NCBI GenBank assembly: GCA_913775595.1
Contig: CAJYLB010000001.1
Span: 1,129,135 to 1,193,134 of the forward strand
Length of the DNA: 64,000 bases
Reading direction: 5' to 3'
Source: an uncultured Aquiluna sp.
GTDB lineage: Bacteria; Actinomycetota; Actinomycetes; Actinomycetales; Microbacteriaceae
Of the stretch, positions 41,429 to 51,812 are shown piece after piece. How positions within the stretch are numbered: position 1 is the first letter of the stretch; each line of letters starts with the position of its first letter. The notes under the pieces were generated by a model. That model made no database searches. It worked only from the letters and a program-made list of their open reading frames with translations, and was not told the DNA's origin. The position numbers were made by a program, and so were the translations under genes.

Positions 41429-41824
41429 TTATGCCCCCGGGTTGCGTTGCAGAAGAAAAACTGCGTAGGCCGCTGAGAAGCCAAAGCCAACGAGTGCATA
41501 GAGGATTACGAACCAGTTCACTCCAGTGGGAACCAGGAGGGTCAGTACTCCCAGGCCAAAGGCGCTGAGCTGCATGACTCGGGCTGCCCAGAGCACCCCA
41601 TTGTCGCTGCCAGAGATTGAAACTACGAACATGTTTCCGGTCAGGGCCACAAGAGTGATGCCGATCATCTGCATCGACCAATCGAGTTCTGAGCTACCGG
41701 GGAGGCCTAGCAGGTCCGTGAAGATTCTTGGCACGACAAAGAGCGCAGTGGCGCTGAGGGCGAATACCAGGGCTCCCAGCCTCAGGACCCCCCTGAGCCG
41801 TCCCACGTTGCCTCTTTTGTGCAT
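41429..41824 (-). CDS. Small 4-TM membrane protein
   Basis: Four hydrophobic segments; TACGAT-N6-ATG upstream; abuts pgm start. Confidence 0.65.
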   Translation of the reverse strand: MHKRGNVGRLRGVLRLGALVFALSATALFVVPRIFTDLLGLPGSSELDWSMQMIGITLVALTGNMFVVSISGSDNGVLWAARVMQLSAFGLGVLTLLVPTGVNWFVILYALVGFGFSAAYAVFLLQRNPGA

Positions 41825-41875
41825 GAAAGCATCGTATTGCCATCTTTGATTTAGTGCCTGCCCTAATCTTGTTGC

Positions 41876-42790
41876 ATGGCTCAGCTCAAGATCGCTTACC
41901 TTGGCCCTGCCGGCACCTTTACCGAGATGGCTGCCGGTCAGGTGTCCAGCAGTGCTGAGCTCACGCCCGTCGCCTCTGTGACCGCAGCTATCGATGCGGT
42001 TCTAGAGAGTAAGGCTGACCGCGCTGTTGTTCCAATTGAGAATTCAATCGAGGGCGGAGTCTCCGCAACCTCCGATGCGCTTGCGGTCATTGGCGGCGTT
42101 CAGATCTATGGAGAGTATTTAGTCCCAGTTCGCTTTGACCTAATGGCAAAGCCCGGCACCAAGCTTGAGGACATCTCCGCAGTGCTTACCCATCCCGTGG
42201 CATATGCGCAGAGCAGGAAGTGGCTCGAGGCAGAGCTTTCAAATCACACCCACATTCCCGCAGCCTCGACCGCTGCCGCTGCTAAGGCAATGGCCGACGG
42301 GGCGGCCTGCGATGCCGTAATTGCTGCAACGGGAGCAGCGGAAATCTATGGCCTAGAAATCTTGGCCAGCGACATCGGAGAGAACAAAGAGGCCCAGACC
42401 AGGTTCATCGAGATCGGGAAGAGCGGTAAGCCGCATCCAAAGACCGGTCACGACAAAACCAGCGTGATCGTGGAGCTTCCTGATGACAGGCCGGGTGGCC
42501 TGCTGGAGATGCTCGAGCAGTTCGCAGCTCGCGGAGTTAACCTCAGCAGGATCGAGTCGAGGCCAATTGGAGACCGCTTTGGCCGCTACCGCTTCAACAT
42601 CGATGCCGAGGGCCACCTCGATGACGAGGCAATCGCGGAGGCCCTAATGGGTCTTCACAGATTCTCGCCCAAGCTAATCTTCCTTGGCTCATATCCCAGG
42701 GCTGACAAAACCGAGTCAAACCATCAGGGCAACAATGCGGATGGGGCCTACCAATCCGCCAAGAAGTGGCTTGAGGACCTGCGCGGCTAG
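41876..42790 (+). CDS. pheA: Prephenate dehydratase
   Basis: YLGPAGTF, PIENSIEG, TRF, ACT domain with IESRP. Confidence 0.95.
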   Translation: MAQLKIAYLGPAGTFTEMAAGQVSSSAELTPVASVTAAIDAVLESKADRAVVPIENSIEGGVSATSDALAVIGGVQIYGEYLVPVRFDLMAKPGTKLEDISAVLTHPVAYAQSRKWLEAELSNHTHIPAASTAAAAKAMADGAACDAVIAATGAAEIYGLEILASDIGENKEAQTRFIEIGKSGKPHPKTGHDKTSVIVELPDDRPGGLLEMLEQFAARGVNLSRIESRPIGDRFGRYRFNIDAEGHLDDEAIAEALMGLHRFSPKLIFLGSYPRADKTESNHQGNNADGAYQSAKKWLEDLRG

Positions 42791-43719
42791 ATCAACACCT
42801 TTAGGGCCTTAGCCCTAAGTGAGAAGTCAACCTCGATAATCTCTCCGACCGGATCACCATCAAGTTGCATTGCGGCGGGGTTGTGGGGCTTGATTCGAAT
42901 TCTTGGGCTCGAGAGATTCTCTAGGGTCTTCACGTTGGCCTTTTCATCCATCCAGCGCCTACCCAGGGCCAACGGCCGAACCACCAGGTTTTGCCAGGTA
43001 ATGCGAGAGAAGAAGTCGACCCAGTTCCAGATTTTTCTTGGCCCGATGGCCGCGATATCGAGCTTTCCATCATCCATCTGGGCATCCGGCATCATCGAGA
43101 TCAGCCCCGGCAGCCAGCCGACGTTGCCAACCAAGAGCGAGTAGCTTTTTAGGGTTCTCACCTGGTTATCAATTTGAACGTCAAAGCGCTCGAACTTTAG
43201 GGGCAGGGACCTAATGCCTCCCTCGATGTAGGCGATCCAGCCAACCCTCCTTTTTAGCTTTGGCTGGGTATTCTCCATGAGCTTGGCGTCCATGCCAACC
43301 CCGGCGATCCCCGTGAACACATACTCCCTCAGTGAGCCATCGGCAAAGATTGCCTTTGCAACCCCAAGGTCTATCTCGTAGGGGCTGCCTTTGAGAATTT
43401 TCTTGATGGCGGAGTCAAGGTTTCCGATGGGAATCTTCAGGTTTCTAGCCAGTATGTTGCCTGTTCCTAGCGGCAGGATCCCGATCTCCACGTCCAACCC
43501 GGCGGTTCCCTGCACCACGTTTCTCAGAGTGCCATCGCCGCCGGCAACCAGGAGCTGGTTCATTCCAAGAGCGACCGCCTCACGCGCCTGCGAAGCACCA
43601 TTTGAACTTTTATCCGTGGCCAAGAATTTTGGAGCTACGTCCTTGTGCTTTGCGAACGCCTTTTCAAGGCGCTGAAGCGTGATTTTCTCTGGGTTGAAGA
43701 TGACCGCAAGCTCTCTCAC
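42787..43719 (-). CDS. Diacylglycerol kinase (YegS/DgkB) family lipid kinase
   Basis: NP, GGDGT, PLGTGN, QLDGD. Confidence 0.88.
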   Translation of the reverse strand: MRELAVIFNPEKITLQRLEKAFAKHKDVAPKFLATDKSSNGASQAREAVALGMNQLLVAGGDGTLRNVVQGTAGLDVEIGILPLGTGNILARNLKIPIGNLDSAIKKILKGSPYEIDLGVAKAIFADGSLREYVFTGIAGVGMDAKLMENTQPKLKRRVGWIAYIEGGIRSLPLKFERFDVQIDNQVRTLKSYSLLVGNVGWLPGLISMMPDAQMDDGKLDIAAIGPRKIWNWVDFFSRITWQNLVVRPLALGRRWMDEKANVKTLENLSSPRIRIKPHNPAAMQLDGDPVGEIIEVDFSLRAKALKVLI

Positions 43720-43758
43720 CAGACAAGCCTAACGGGAGGTAGAAGATAGGCTAAGGGG

Positions 43759-45024
43759 GTGATTGACCTCTCCCTGCTGCGCGAAAACCCCGACATTATT
43801 CGGCTATCGCAGCGAGCTCGCGGAGCGGATGAGTCACTTGTTGATCAAGCACTTGAGCTAGATAAAACCAGTAAGGCTTCCCTGCAGCTATTTGAAAAGC
43901 TCAGGTCCGAACAGAATGCTCACGGCAAGCTGGTTGCTGCAGCGCCAAAGGAAGAGAAGGCTGAGCTGGTTGCTCAGGCCCAGTCCATGGCCCAGCAGGT
44001 GAAAGAGGCAGAGGCAAAGGCTAATCAGGCATACGAAGCCCTCAGTGCCGTGCTCTACAAAATTGACAACGTTGTTATTGAGGGGGTTCCCTCGGGTGGC
44101 GAGGATGACTTTGTAGTCCTTCGCGAAGAGGGGAAGAAGCCTGAGTTTGATTTCAAGGCTCTTGACCACGCGGAGCTTGGCGAAAGTCTCGATGTCATCG
44201 ACATTGAGCGCGGTGTGAAGATCTCTGGCTCGAGGTTTTATTTCTTGAAGGGCTGGGGAGCAAGGCTGGAGCTTGCGATGATGCAGCTTGCGCTTGACCA
44301 GGCCCATGCTGCAGGTTTCACGCCCCTAATTACCCCCACGCTCGTCAGACCAGAGGTGATGCAGGGAACAGGGTTTTTAGGCGAGCACTCTTCCGAGATC
44401 TATTACCTGGAGGCAGACGACCTCTACCTCACTGGAACCAGCGAGGTTGCGCTCGCCGGTTATCACTCCGGTGAGATTCTTGATGATTTCCAGGAGCCGA
44501 TGAGGTATGCCGGTTGGTCAACCTGCTACCGCAGAGAGGCCGGCAGTCACGGCAAGGACATCAAGGGCATTCTCCGGGTCCACCAGTTCAACAAGCTGGA
44601 GATGTTCTCCTACTGCAAGCCTGAGGATGCCGAGGCTGAACATGAGCGCATGCTTGCTTGGCAAGAAGAGATGCTGCAGAAGTGCGAGCTGCCCTACCGA
44701 GTAATCGATGTTGCTGCCGGCGATCTCGGGTCTTCGGCCGCCAGAAAGTATGACGTTGAGGCGTGGGTGCCATCTCAGGGTAAATACCGGGAGCTAACTT
44801 CAACCTCGAACTGCACCACTTTCCAGGCCAGGCGGCTCAACACCCGCTATCGCGATGAGAACGGCAAGACGCAGATGCTTGCGACTCTCAATGGAACACT
44901 CGCCACAACTAGATGGCTGGTTGCAATTTTGGAGAACCACCAGCACGCGGATGGCTCGGTGAGGATCCCTCAGGCCCTGCAGCCCTACCTCGGCGGACTA
45001 GAAAAGATAAGCCCCAAAGCCTAG
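43759..45024 (+). CDS. serS: Serine--tRNA ligase
   Basis: [32 protein letters not shown]. Confidence 0.98.
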   Translation: MIDLSLLRENPDIIRLSQRARGADESLVDQALELDKTSKASLQLFEKLRSEQNAHGKLVAAAPKEEKAELVAQAQSMAQQVKEAEAKANQAYEALSAVLYKIDNVVIEGVPSGGEDDFVVLREEGKKPEFDFKALDHAELGESLDVIDIERGVKISGSRFYFLKGWGARLELAMMQLALDQAHAAGFTPLITPTLVRPEVMQGTGFLGEHSSEIYYLEADDLYLTGTSEVALAGYHSGEILDDFQEPMRYAGWSTCYRREAGSHGKDIKGILRVHQFNKLEMFSYCKPEDAEAEHERMLAWQEEMLQKCELPYRVIDVAAGDLGSSAARKYDVEAWVPSQGKYRELTSTSNCTTFQARRLNTRYRDENGKTQMLATLNGTLATTRWLVAILENHQHADGSVRIPQALQPYLGGLEKISPKA

Positions 45025-45026
45025 GC

Positions 45027-45854
45027 ATGAAAGATGACGGCTGGTTCATTGCCCTAGACATCGATGGCACTCTTGTCCACGATGACGGCTTTCTATCCGA
45101 TCGCGTCAAAGAGCAAGTTAATCGAGTCCGCTCCCTCGGCCATCACGTCTTTGTTTCAACTGGAAGAGCTGCAGCTAACGCTTTTCCCGTAATCCGTGAG
45201 CTGGGTATTACATCTGGTCATGCGGTTTGCTCCAATGGGGCCGTGACCATTCGTCTGGATGAGGAGCACCCCAAGGGTTTTGCCACCCACAGCGTCGAGA
45301 CGTTTGATCCGGCTGATGTTCTAACTGAGCTAATCGACAAACTACCCAATGCTCACTTCGCGGTTGAGGATGTCGATGGCACCTACCGTTTTCACAAACC
45401 TTTTCCGACTTACGCACTTGGCGAGCAAAACTTCGAGACGCCACTGGATGAGCTTCTCCACCATCCGGTTAGCCGGGTGGTTGTGCTCTCACCCGACCAC
45501 GATGTTGATCAGTTCATCGAGCTGATGGACAAAGTTGGCCTGCAGTCGGTCTCTTATGCCATCGGCTACACCGCCTGGCTAGACATAGCTCCTAAGGGCA
45601 TCGACAAGGGCCACGGTCTTGCCAAGCTGAGGGCCGAGTATGGCCATTCATCGAGCCGAGTCTTGGTCATGGGTGATGGCAGGAATGACATAGAGATGTT
45701 TGAGTGGGCAAAGTCTTTAGGTGGCTACGCGTTTGCAATGGGCCAGGCCCCAGATGAGGTCAAGCTTGCCGCCACCGCCACCACTGGTGCGGTTGATGAC
45801 GATGGCGTTGCTCAGGTGCTCGCTTCCCTCGAGGGTCTTGAGTTTTTGAGCTAG
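45027..45854 (+). CDS. Cof-type HAD phosphatase
   Basis: LDIDGTL, TGR, GDGRND; start at ATG 45027 right after serS. Confidence 0.9.
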   Translation: MKDDGWFIALDIDGTLVHDDGFLSDRVKEQVNRVRSLGHHVFVSTGRAAANAFPVIRELGITSGHAVCSNGAVTIRLDEEHPKGFATHSVETFDPADVLTELIDKLPNAHFAVEDVDGTYRFHKPFPTYALGEQNFETPLDELLHHPVSRVVVLSPDHDVDQFIELMDKVGLQSVSYAIGYTAWLDIAPKGIDKGHGLAKLRAEYGHSSSRVLVMGDGRNDIEMFEWAKSLGGYAFAMGQAPDEVKLAATATTGAVDDDGVAQVLASLEGLEFLS

Positions 45855-45871
45855 GCACTAAACTCCTATGC

Positions 45872-45959
45872 GGAGGTCTGTCCGAGCGGCCGAAGGAGCT
45901 GGTCTTGAAAACCAGTGGGCAGAAATGTCTCGTGGGTTCGAATCCCACGGCCTCCGCCA
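45872..45959 (+). tRNA. tRNA-Ser(TGA)
   Basis: GGAGGTC..., anticodon arm CTGGT-CTTGAAA-ACCAG, long variable arm, GTTCGAATC, encoded CCA. Confidence 0.97.
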
Positions 45960-46003
45960 TCTTCTCTCCCATCCAGTAACCACACTCCCCAGGATCTTCC
46001 CCT

Positions 46004-46957
46004 ATGGCGCTTAGACTCCCCGATCGATGGATTTGGGATAGCTGGTACGTGTGGGATGGCGACGTCTGTCACGCCTTCTACCTGTGCGCGTCTAGAGGCC
46101 TGTATGACCCAGATCGTCGACACCGCAATACAAATATTGGACACGCGGTTTCCAGGGATCTAGTTACCTGGGAGGTACTCCCAGACGCCCTTTCACCGAG
46201 CGAATCGCCAGCTTTTGATTCATGGACCACATGGACAGGAAGCACGGTGCGAGGGCACGACGGTAAGTGGTGGATGTTCTACACCGGGACCTCCCGAGAG
46301 ACCGCAGGAAAGGTTCAGTCAATTGGGGCGGCAGTTTCCGAGGATCTAATCACCTGGCACAAGCTCGATAATCCGCTAGTTGTAGCCGATGAGAACCTAT
46401 ACGAAAAAGTCGGCCAGCTCAGCCATGACGGAAACGAGCACTGGCGTGATCCGTGGGTTTTTTGGGATGCAGACTCCGAAATCTGGCGCATGCTAATCAC
46501 GGCAAGGGCTAAGGATGCAAGCTCACGCTATGCAGGAGTTGCCGGCCACGCCCAATCAAAAGACCTCCTGAACTGGGAAATTCTGCAACCGCTTTCAGTA
46601 ACCGATTCTGGGTTCGCAAATCTTGAGGTTTTGCAGTTTGCCGAGGTCGATGGGGTGGGCGTGGTTGTCTTTTGCTGTGGATGGCGCGAATACGACGACG
46701 ATCGACTGAGTAGTTTCGGTAAAACCGACTACACGTTCTCAGTGCCTTGCCCTTCGCTGAGCAAAGGCATTGACTTCAGAAAGGCAAGGCCTTTCACCCA
46801 TCAAGAGCTCTACGCAGCGAGGCTCATTCAGAAGCCGACAGGAGAGTGGTTTTTGATCGGTTTTGTGAACTTCAGAGATGGCAAATTTGTGGGTGAACTA
46901 TCGGACCCAATACCGGTAACTGCCGACCCTGAAATTGGTCTTGTCATCAGGCCATAA
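46004..46957 (+). CDS. GH32-like (clan GH-J) beta-fructofuranosidase
   Basis: WIWDSW, WTGS, WRDP, LEV five-bladed propeller motifs. Confidence 0.82.
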   Translation: MALRLPDRWIWDSWYVWDGDVCHAFYLCASRGLYDPDRRHRNTNIGHAVSRDLVTWEVLPDALSPSESPAFDSWTTWTGSTVRGHDGKWWMFYTGTSRETAGKVQSIGAAVSEDLITWHKLDNPLVVADENLYEKVGQLSHDGNEHWRDPWVFWDADSEIWRMLITARAKDASSRYAGVAGHAQSKDLLNWEILQPLSVTDSGFANLEVLQFAEVDGVGVVVFCCGWREYDDDRLSSFGKTDYTFSVPCPSLSKGIDFRKARPFTHQELYAARLIQKPTGEWFLIGFVNFRDGKFVGELSDPIPVTADPEIGLVIRP

Positions 46958-46968
46958 TTTGTAAAAAC

Positions 46969-46982
46969 TGGAAGCGGTTACA
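46969..46982. promoter_or_regulatory. Putative LacI-family operator upstream of sugar ABC operon
   Basis: TGGAAGCGGTTACA fits TGnAAnCGnTTnCA. Confidence 0.55.
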
Positions 46983-47092
46983 TTTTTATAACCTCTTTCG
47001 ATTTTGTGTTTATCGCAGCCCAGTGGAGTAGTACCTTTAGCGCTAGCGCGGGGTACCTATGCCCTGATGCGTATGAAAGGACAGTTATCAAC

Positions 47093-48421
47093 ATGAAGAA
47101 AGCTTCGAAGTTCGTCGCTCTTTCAGCAGCTGCCCTGCTAGGTCTAGCAGGATGTGCTACTGACAGTGGCTCAGACACAGACACTTCATCAAGCAACGGT
47201 GGTAGCGGCTCATCCGACGAAGTGGCCGAGGTCGTAATCTTCGGTGGCTATGCCGAGACCGATGCAGCCAACTTCCAGGCTGCACTGGATGAGTTCGGTG
47301 CAGCTAACGGCATCGACATCACCTACACCTCACTAGCCTCATTCGACACTGACATCAAGGTCAAGATCGAAGCAGGCCAGGAGCCAGACATCGCCCTATG
47401 GCCTCAGCCAGGTGGTCTGAAGGACCTTGCGGACTACCTAGTTCCGCTTGCTGACGTATTCGACACCAGCGCGGCACTTGGAACTTTGGTTCCAGGTTGG
47501 GACCAGCTTGCAGTTGTAGATGGTGAGCTTTACGGCCTACCAGTAACTGCAAACATGAAGTCCCTCGTGTTCTACAACCCAACTGAGTTCGAGGCCAACG
47601 GTTTGACCGTTCCTACCACTGAGGCTGAGCTACAGGCTCTAGAGGCAAAGATCGTCTCCGAGGGTCTTGGTTACCCATGGTGTGCAGGTATTGAGTCCGG
47701 TGGTGCTACCGGTTGGGCCTTCACCGACTGGATGGAGCAGTACGTCCTTATGTTCCACGGCGCTGAGAAGTACGCTCAGTGGATTGCTGGAGACCTAGCC
47801 TTCTCCTCACCTGAGATCACTCAGGCTGCAGAGTACGTTTCTGACCGTCTGCTGGCCGAGGGCCAGGTAAACGGTGGCGGTGTCGGTATGGCAGCCACTG
47901 GCTTTGGTGAGACTGCACCGCTATTCGAGACCGGTGGTCTTGAAGCAGGTCAGTGCTTCATGATGCGCCAGGGTTCATTCATTGTTGGCTTCACTCCTGA
48001 CGAGATTCAGGCAGAGGTTAACTCTGGAGATTACAGCCGCTTCGACGCCTTCCCAGTGCCAACTCCTGCTGGTGCTCAGGCTGGTGTTATCGGTGGTGGT
48101 GACCTCTTCGCAGTATTCGATGGTCACGTCAACGATGCAGTTTCTAAGGTAGCTGCGTACATCGCTAGCGGTGCCCCACTGGAGATCATGGTTTCCGCAG
48201 GTGCCGTATCCCCACACACCAACTTCGACAGCTCGCTCTACCCGAACGACCTGAACCGCAAGATTGGTGAGGCAATGGCCGCAGCCGCTGTCTTCGGTTT
48301 CGATGGTTCAGACCAGATGCCTGCTGAGGTTAACGCTGAGTTCTGGGCAGCCGGTACTGACTACGTCGCAGGTAACATCACCTGGGCCGAGGCAGCCGAG
48401 CGCATCGACTCCAAGTACTAA
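47093..48421 (+). CDS. Sugar ABC transporter substrate-binding lipoprotein (AglE/GgtB type)
   Basis: Lipobox LAGC; KSLVFYN, PWCAGIESGGATGW, FDGSDQMP; SD GAAAGGA; start MKK 47093. Confidence 0.88.
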   Translation: MKKASKFVALSAAALLGLAGCATDSGSDTDTSSSNGGSGSSDEVAEVVIFGGYAETDAANFQAALDEFGAANGIDITYTSLASFDTDIKVKIEAGQEPDIALWPQPGGLKDLADYLVPLADVFDTSAALGTLVPGWDQLAVVDGELYGLPVTANMKSLVFYNPTEFEANGLTVPTTEAELQALEAKIVSEGLGYPWCAGIESGGATGWAFTDWMEQYVLMFHGAEKYAQWIAGDLAFSSPEITQAAEYVSDRLLAEGQVNGGGVGMAATGFGETAPLFETGGLEAGQCFMMRQGSFIVGFTPDEIQAEVNSGDYSRFDAFPVPTPAGAQAGVIGGGDLFAVFDGHVNDAVSKVAAYIASGAPLEIMVSAGAVSPHTNFDSSLYPNDLNRKIGEAMAAAAVFGFDGSDQMPAEVNAEFWAAGTDYVAGNITWAEAAERIDSKY

Positions 48422-48458
48422 TCCCGTTGTCTAGCCTCATTTGAGGCGGGGCTTCGCA

Positions 48459-48497
48459 AAGTCAAGTGGCACCGAATCACTCGGTGCCACTTGACTT
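48459..48497 (+). other. Intercistronic 17-bp perfect hairpin
   Basis: AAGTCAAGTGGCACCGA-ATCAC-TCGGTGCCACTTGACTT between binding-protein and permease genes. Confidence 0.8.
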
Positions 48498-48538
48498 CCT
48501 CAATTCAGGTCGCAAAACTCTAGAGGGAGGGAAATTCA

Positions 48539-49531
48539 ATGTTGAACGACGTTCTCGTAGCTGCAGTGTCGGTGGTAATCGGCGTTGTGGCCAGTTACGG
48601 CCTCTATTGGCTCCTCGGAAAAGCAGTCAGCCTCCTTCCCTCACGCATCAGTCAGAAGGCCCAGGTCTGGGCATTTGTTACTCCAGCCGTCGTGCTGCTG
48701 CTTGTCGTATCGGTTTATCCCATTATTCAGACCGCATTTTGGTCAATGATGAGCATCAAAGGTAAGACTCAGGAATGGGTAGGTTTCGAAAACTACGTTG
48801 AGCTCTTCACCGATGAAAGATTCCTTGGGATTCTCCTAAATAACTTCTTATGGGTTTTGGTGGTGCCTGCAATCACCGTGGCGATCGGAACTCTCGTTGC
48901 TCAACTGGGTAATCAGGTAGGTCCTCGCCGCGAAAAGATTTTTAAGTCCCTCATATTCATGCCTATGTCCATCAGCTTCATTGCTGCTGCGACCATTTGG
49001 GCCTACCTCTACGCTTACTCCCCACCTGGCAGACCAGTAATCGGTTTGCTGCAGAACATCGTTGAAGGCCTAGGGGTTGAGGATCCAACTCCGTTTTTTC
49101 AGATTGAAGAATTCCGAATTAACAGCTTCCTCTTGATGATTGTCATCATTTGGCTTCAGGTTGGTTACTCGATGGTCATTATCTCCGCAGCTATTAAGGC
49201 TGTTCCAGAAGAGACGATTGAGGCGGCACGTATCGATGGCGCAGGGCCATTCCAGGTTTTCAATCGCGTTATCTTGCCGCAGGTGTGGGGCTCAATCATG
49301 GCGGTATTTGTCACCGTCTTGATTATGGTCATGAAGATTTTCGACATTGTTCTGGCTATGACACGAGGAAACTTCAACACGAGCGTTCTAGCTTTCGAGT
49401 GGTACAAGCGCTACTTCGAAAACTCCGACATTGGGTCGGCGTCGGCAGTCGTAATTGTGCTCGTAATTTTGATTATTCCGCTCATCTGGCTTCAGATAAG
49501 AACTGTTAGACAGCAGGAGACCCTCCGATGA
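48539..49531 (+). CDS. Sugar ABC permease (AglF-like)
   Basis: KSLIFMPMSISF, EAARIDGA. Confidence 0.9.
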   Translation: MLNDVLVAAVSVVIGVVASYGLYWLLGKAVSLLPSRISQKAQVWAFVTPAVVLLLVVSVYPIIQTAFWSMMSIKGKTQEWVGFENYVELFTDERFLGILLNNFLWVLVVPAITVAIGTLVAQLGNQVGPRREKIFKSLIFMPMSISFIAAATIWAYLYAYSPPGRPVIGLLQNIVEGLGVEDPTPFFQIEEFRINSFLLMIVIIWLQVGYSMVIISAAIKAVPEETIEAARIDGAGPFQVFNRVILPQVWGSIMAVFVTVLIMVMKIFDIVLAMTRGNFNTSVLAFEWYKRYFENSDIGSASAVVIVLVILIIPLIWLQIRTVRQQETLR

Positions 49532-50400
49532 ACCGCGTGAAGAAAATGATCTCCTCAGGCAGAGGCAGTATTTCATCGACAATTGCTCTCACGATTCTCG
49601 TTGCCATTTGGTCGATTCCTACCATCGGACTACTAATAACCTCTCTAAGAGAGCGAGAGGAAGCAGAGCTTTCACCTTGGTGGGAGGGCTTTTTCAATCC
49701 TTTGAGCACTGTTTGGTCGCTTGACGCTTATCAAAAATCTCTAGAGTCAGGGATGCTCGAGTCCCTTATAAACACGATTGCAGTGACCGTGCCCGCAACG
49801 ATTCTGCCGCTAATGATTGCGGCCAACGCTGCGTATGCCTTCACCTTCCTGAACTTCAAGGGTAAAGAGGTCCTCTTTGCAATCCTGGTTGGCTTGATGG
49901 TTGTGCCTCTTCAGTCATCGCTGATTCCAGTGCTAAAGGGGATGGTCTGGTTCCAGAAGACCTTCGACATTCCACTCACGGGAACCTACGCAAGCGCCTG
50001 GGTTGTTCACAGTGCCTTCGCTTTACCGCTGGCTATTTATATTCTTCGCAATTACATGCTGTCCCTGCCAACATCTTTGATCGAGGCGGCCCGCGTGGAC
50101 GGGGCTAGTTATTACCAAATCTTCTGGCGCCTCGTGCTGCCGATGTCAGTGCCAGCAATTGCGTCTTTTGCCATCTTCCAGTTCCTGTGGGTTTGGAATG
50201 ACTATTTGATCGCGTTCATCTTCGTTGGCGAGCAAAAGTCAGTTATGACGTATCGAGTCCTACGTCTGCTAGGTCAGTATGGAGAGGGTTGGCAGGATGT
50301 TGCGGCTGGCTCGTTTATTTCGTTGGTTGTGCCGCTAGTCGTCTTCTTTGCCCTGCAGCGGTACTTCGTACGAGGCCTTACTGCCGGAGCAGTTAAGTAG
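49528..50400 (+). CDS. Sugar ABC permease (AglG-like)
   Basis: EAARVDGA, IFQFLWVWND, QRYFVRGL. Confidence 0.9.
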   Translation: MNRVKKMISSGRGSISSTIALTILVAIWSIPTIGLLITSLREREEAELSPWWEGFFNPLSTVWSLDAYQKSLESGMLESLINTIAVTVPATILPLMIAANAAYAFTFLNFKGKEVLFAILVGLMVVPLQSSLIPVLKGMVWFQKTFDIPLTGTYASAWVVHSAFALPLAIYILRNYMLSLPTSLIEAARVDGASYYQIFWRLVLPMSVPAIASFAIFQFLWVWNDYLIAFIFVGEQKSVMTYRVLRLLGQYGEGWQDVAAGSFISLVVPLVVFFALQRYFVRGLTAGAVK

Positions 50401-50402
50401 TT

Positions 50403-51782
50403 TTAAGACGAGCGAACTAGAACCGAGAATGCCTCGTAGCTGGCCTTCGGGGTTCTGAGCTGAGTCTCGTGATCGACGTGCACAAGGCCAAAACGCTTCT
50501 CCAGTCCCTCCGCCCACTCAATGTTGTCCATGAGTGACCAAGCGAAGTAACCTCGCAGGTCAACCCCCTGATCCATTGCATCGAGAGCGGCCGAGATGTG
50601 CGAAATGTAGTAGTCGATTCGATCTTGGTCTTCTACCCTTCCGTTCACCATCCGGTCTGGAAAGGCACCCCCATTCTCAGTTATGTACAGGGGAGTTTCT
50701 GGGAGCCGCGCTGACGTCTGAAGTAGCGTGGTTGTCATTGATGGGGCATGAATCTCCCACCCCATCTCGGTACTAGGCTCAAGCGGATTCATTCGGGCGC
50801 CAGTTGGCGAGCCTGGAAATAGCGAGAAATCTTGTCCGACAGCTTTGCTTTCGCTACCACCCTCATGAGGCACCAACCTAAATGGGGTGTAGTAGTTGAT
50901 CCCTAGCCAGTCGATTTTCTGGCTGATTTTGTCTAGGTGACTCTCTTCCGCAAATGCCCAGTCCGTTATCCTCTGAGTTCTTTCAATCAAAGATTCGTCG
51001 ATGCCACGTCCAGCTAGAAGGCCCAGCCAGAAACGATTCTGAAGCGAGTCAACATGGTCAGCAATATGGTCGACGGCTGGGTCCTCAGATAACACGCTCG
51101 TCAAGTTCAGAACAATCCCAGGCATTGATGCTTTGTGTTCCCTCAGTACATCCATCGCATAGCCATGAGACACCATCAGGCGATAGGCAGCTTCGAGGCC
51201 TGCGGCCGGGTCGCCGCGGCCTGGCGCATGGATGTTTGTTGCGTAACCGAGAAATGCAGATACCCAGGGCTCGTTGAATGTCGCCCACATAGATACCCTG
51301 TCGCCAAAGTGAGTGGCGGCCATGCCTGCGTAGTCAGCGAATCGGTTGTGAATCTCTGGGCTGAGCCAGCCGCCTTCTGCCTCGAGCTCGCTCGGCAGAT
51401 CCCAGTGGTAGAGGGTGGCCACCGGCATCACGTTTATTTCCAACAGGCCGTCGATAAGCCTGTTGTAGAAATCAATGCCTTTTTGGTTAAGGTTCCTGCT
51501 GCCGGGCATCAGCCTTGGCCATGAGAACGAGAATCTGTAGGCCTTGACACCGAGATTCGCAATCAGATCTAAGTCTTCATCCAGGCGATTAACGTGATCA
51601 CAGGCAGGGTCTGCCTTGCTTCCGTCCTTGATGTTTCCTGGGACATCGGCAAAGTCGTCCCAAATGCTCCTGCCGCGGCCTGAACTGTCTCCTTCTATCT
51701 GCCAAGAAGAGGTGGCCACACCGGTGATGAATTCACTGGGAATTCGTTGGGAAAGGTTGCTTATTGCCGTAGTGTCTAACAT
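50403..51782 (-). CDS. GH1 beta-glucosidase
   Basis: TFNEP and ITENG catalytic motifs, WSLMDNIEWAEG. Confidence 0.93.
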   Translation of the reverse strand: MLDTTAISNLSQRIPSEFITGVATSSWQIEGDSSGRGRSIWDDFADVPGNIKDGSKADPACDHVNRLDEDLDLIANLGVKAYRFSFSWPRLMPGSRNLNQKGIDFYNRLIDGLLEINVMPVATLYHWDLPSELEAEGGWLSPEIHNRFADYAGMAATHFGDRVSMWATFNEPWVSAFLGYATNIHAPGRGDPAAGLEAAYRLMVSHGYAMDVLREHKASMPGIVLNLTSVLSEDPAVDHIADHVDSLQNRFWLGLLAGRGIDESLIERTQRITDWAFAEESHLDKISQKIDWLGINYYTPFRLVPHEGGSESKAVGQDFSLFPGSPTGARMNPLEPSTEMGWEIHAPSMTTTLLQTSARLPETPLYITENGGAFPDRMVNGRVEDQDRIDYYISHISAALDAMDQGVDLRGYFAWSLMDNIEWAEGLEKRFGLVHVDHETQLRTPKASYEAFSVLVRSS

Positions 51783-51812
51783 AAGTAAAGTCTAGTTTTC
51801 ATAGGCAGTTGA

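Noticed and set aside
48464..48487. AAGTGGCACCGA...TCGGTGC resembles the 3' hairpin of the S. pyogenes Cas9 tracrRNA
   Set aside because: Short match that is fully explained by a longer local hairpin; no anti-repeat, cas genes or CRISPR array in the window.
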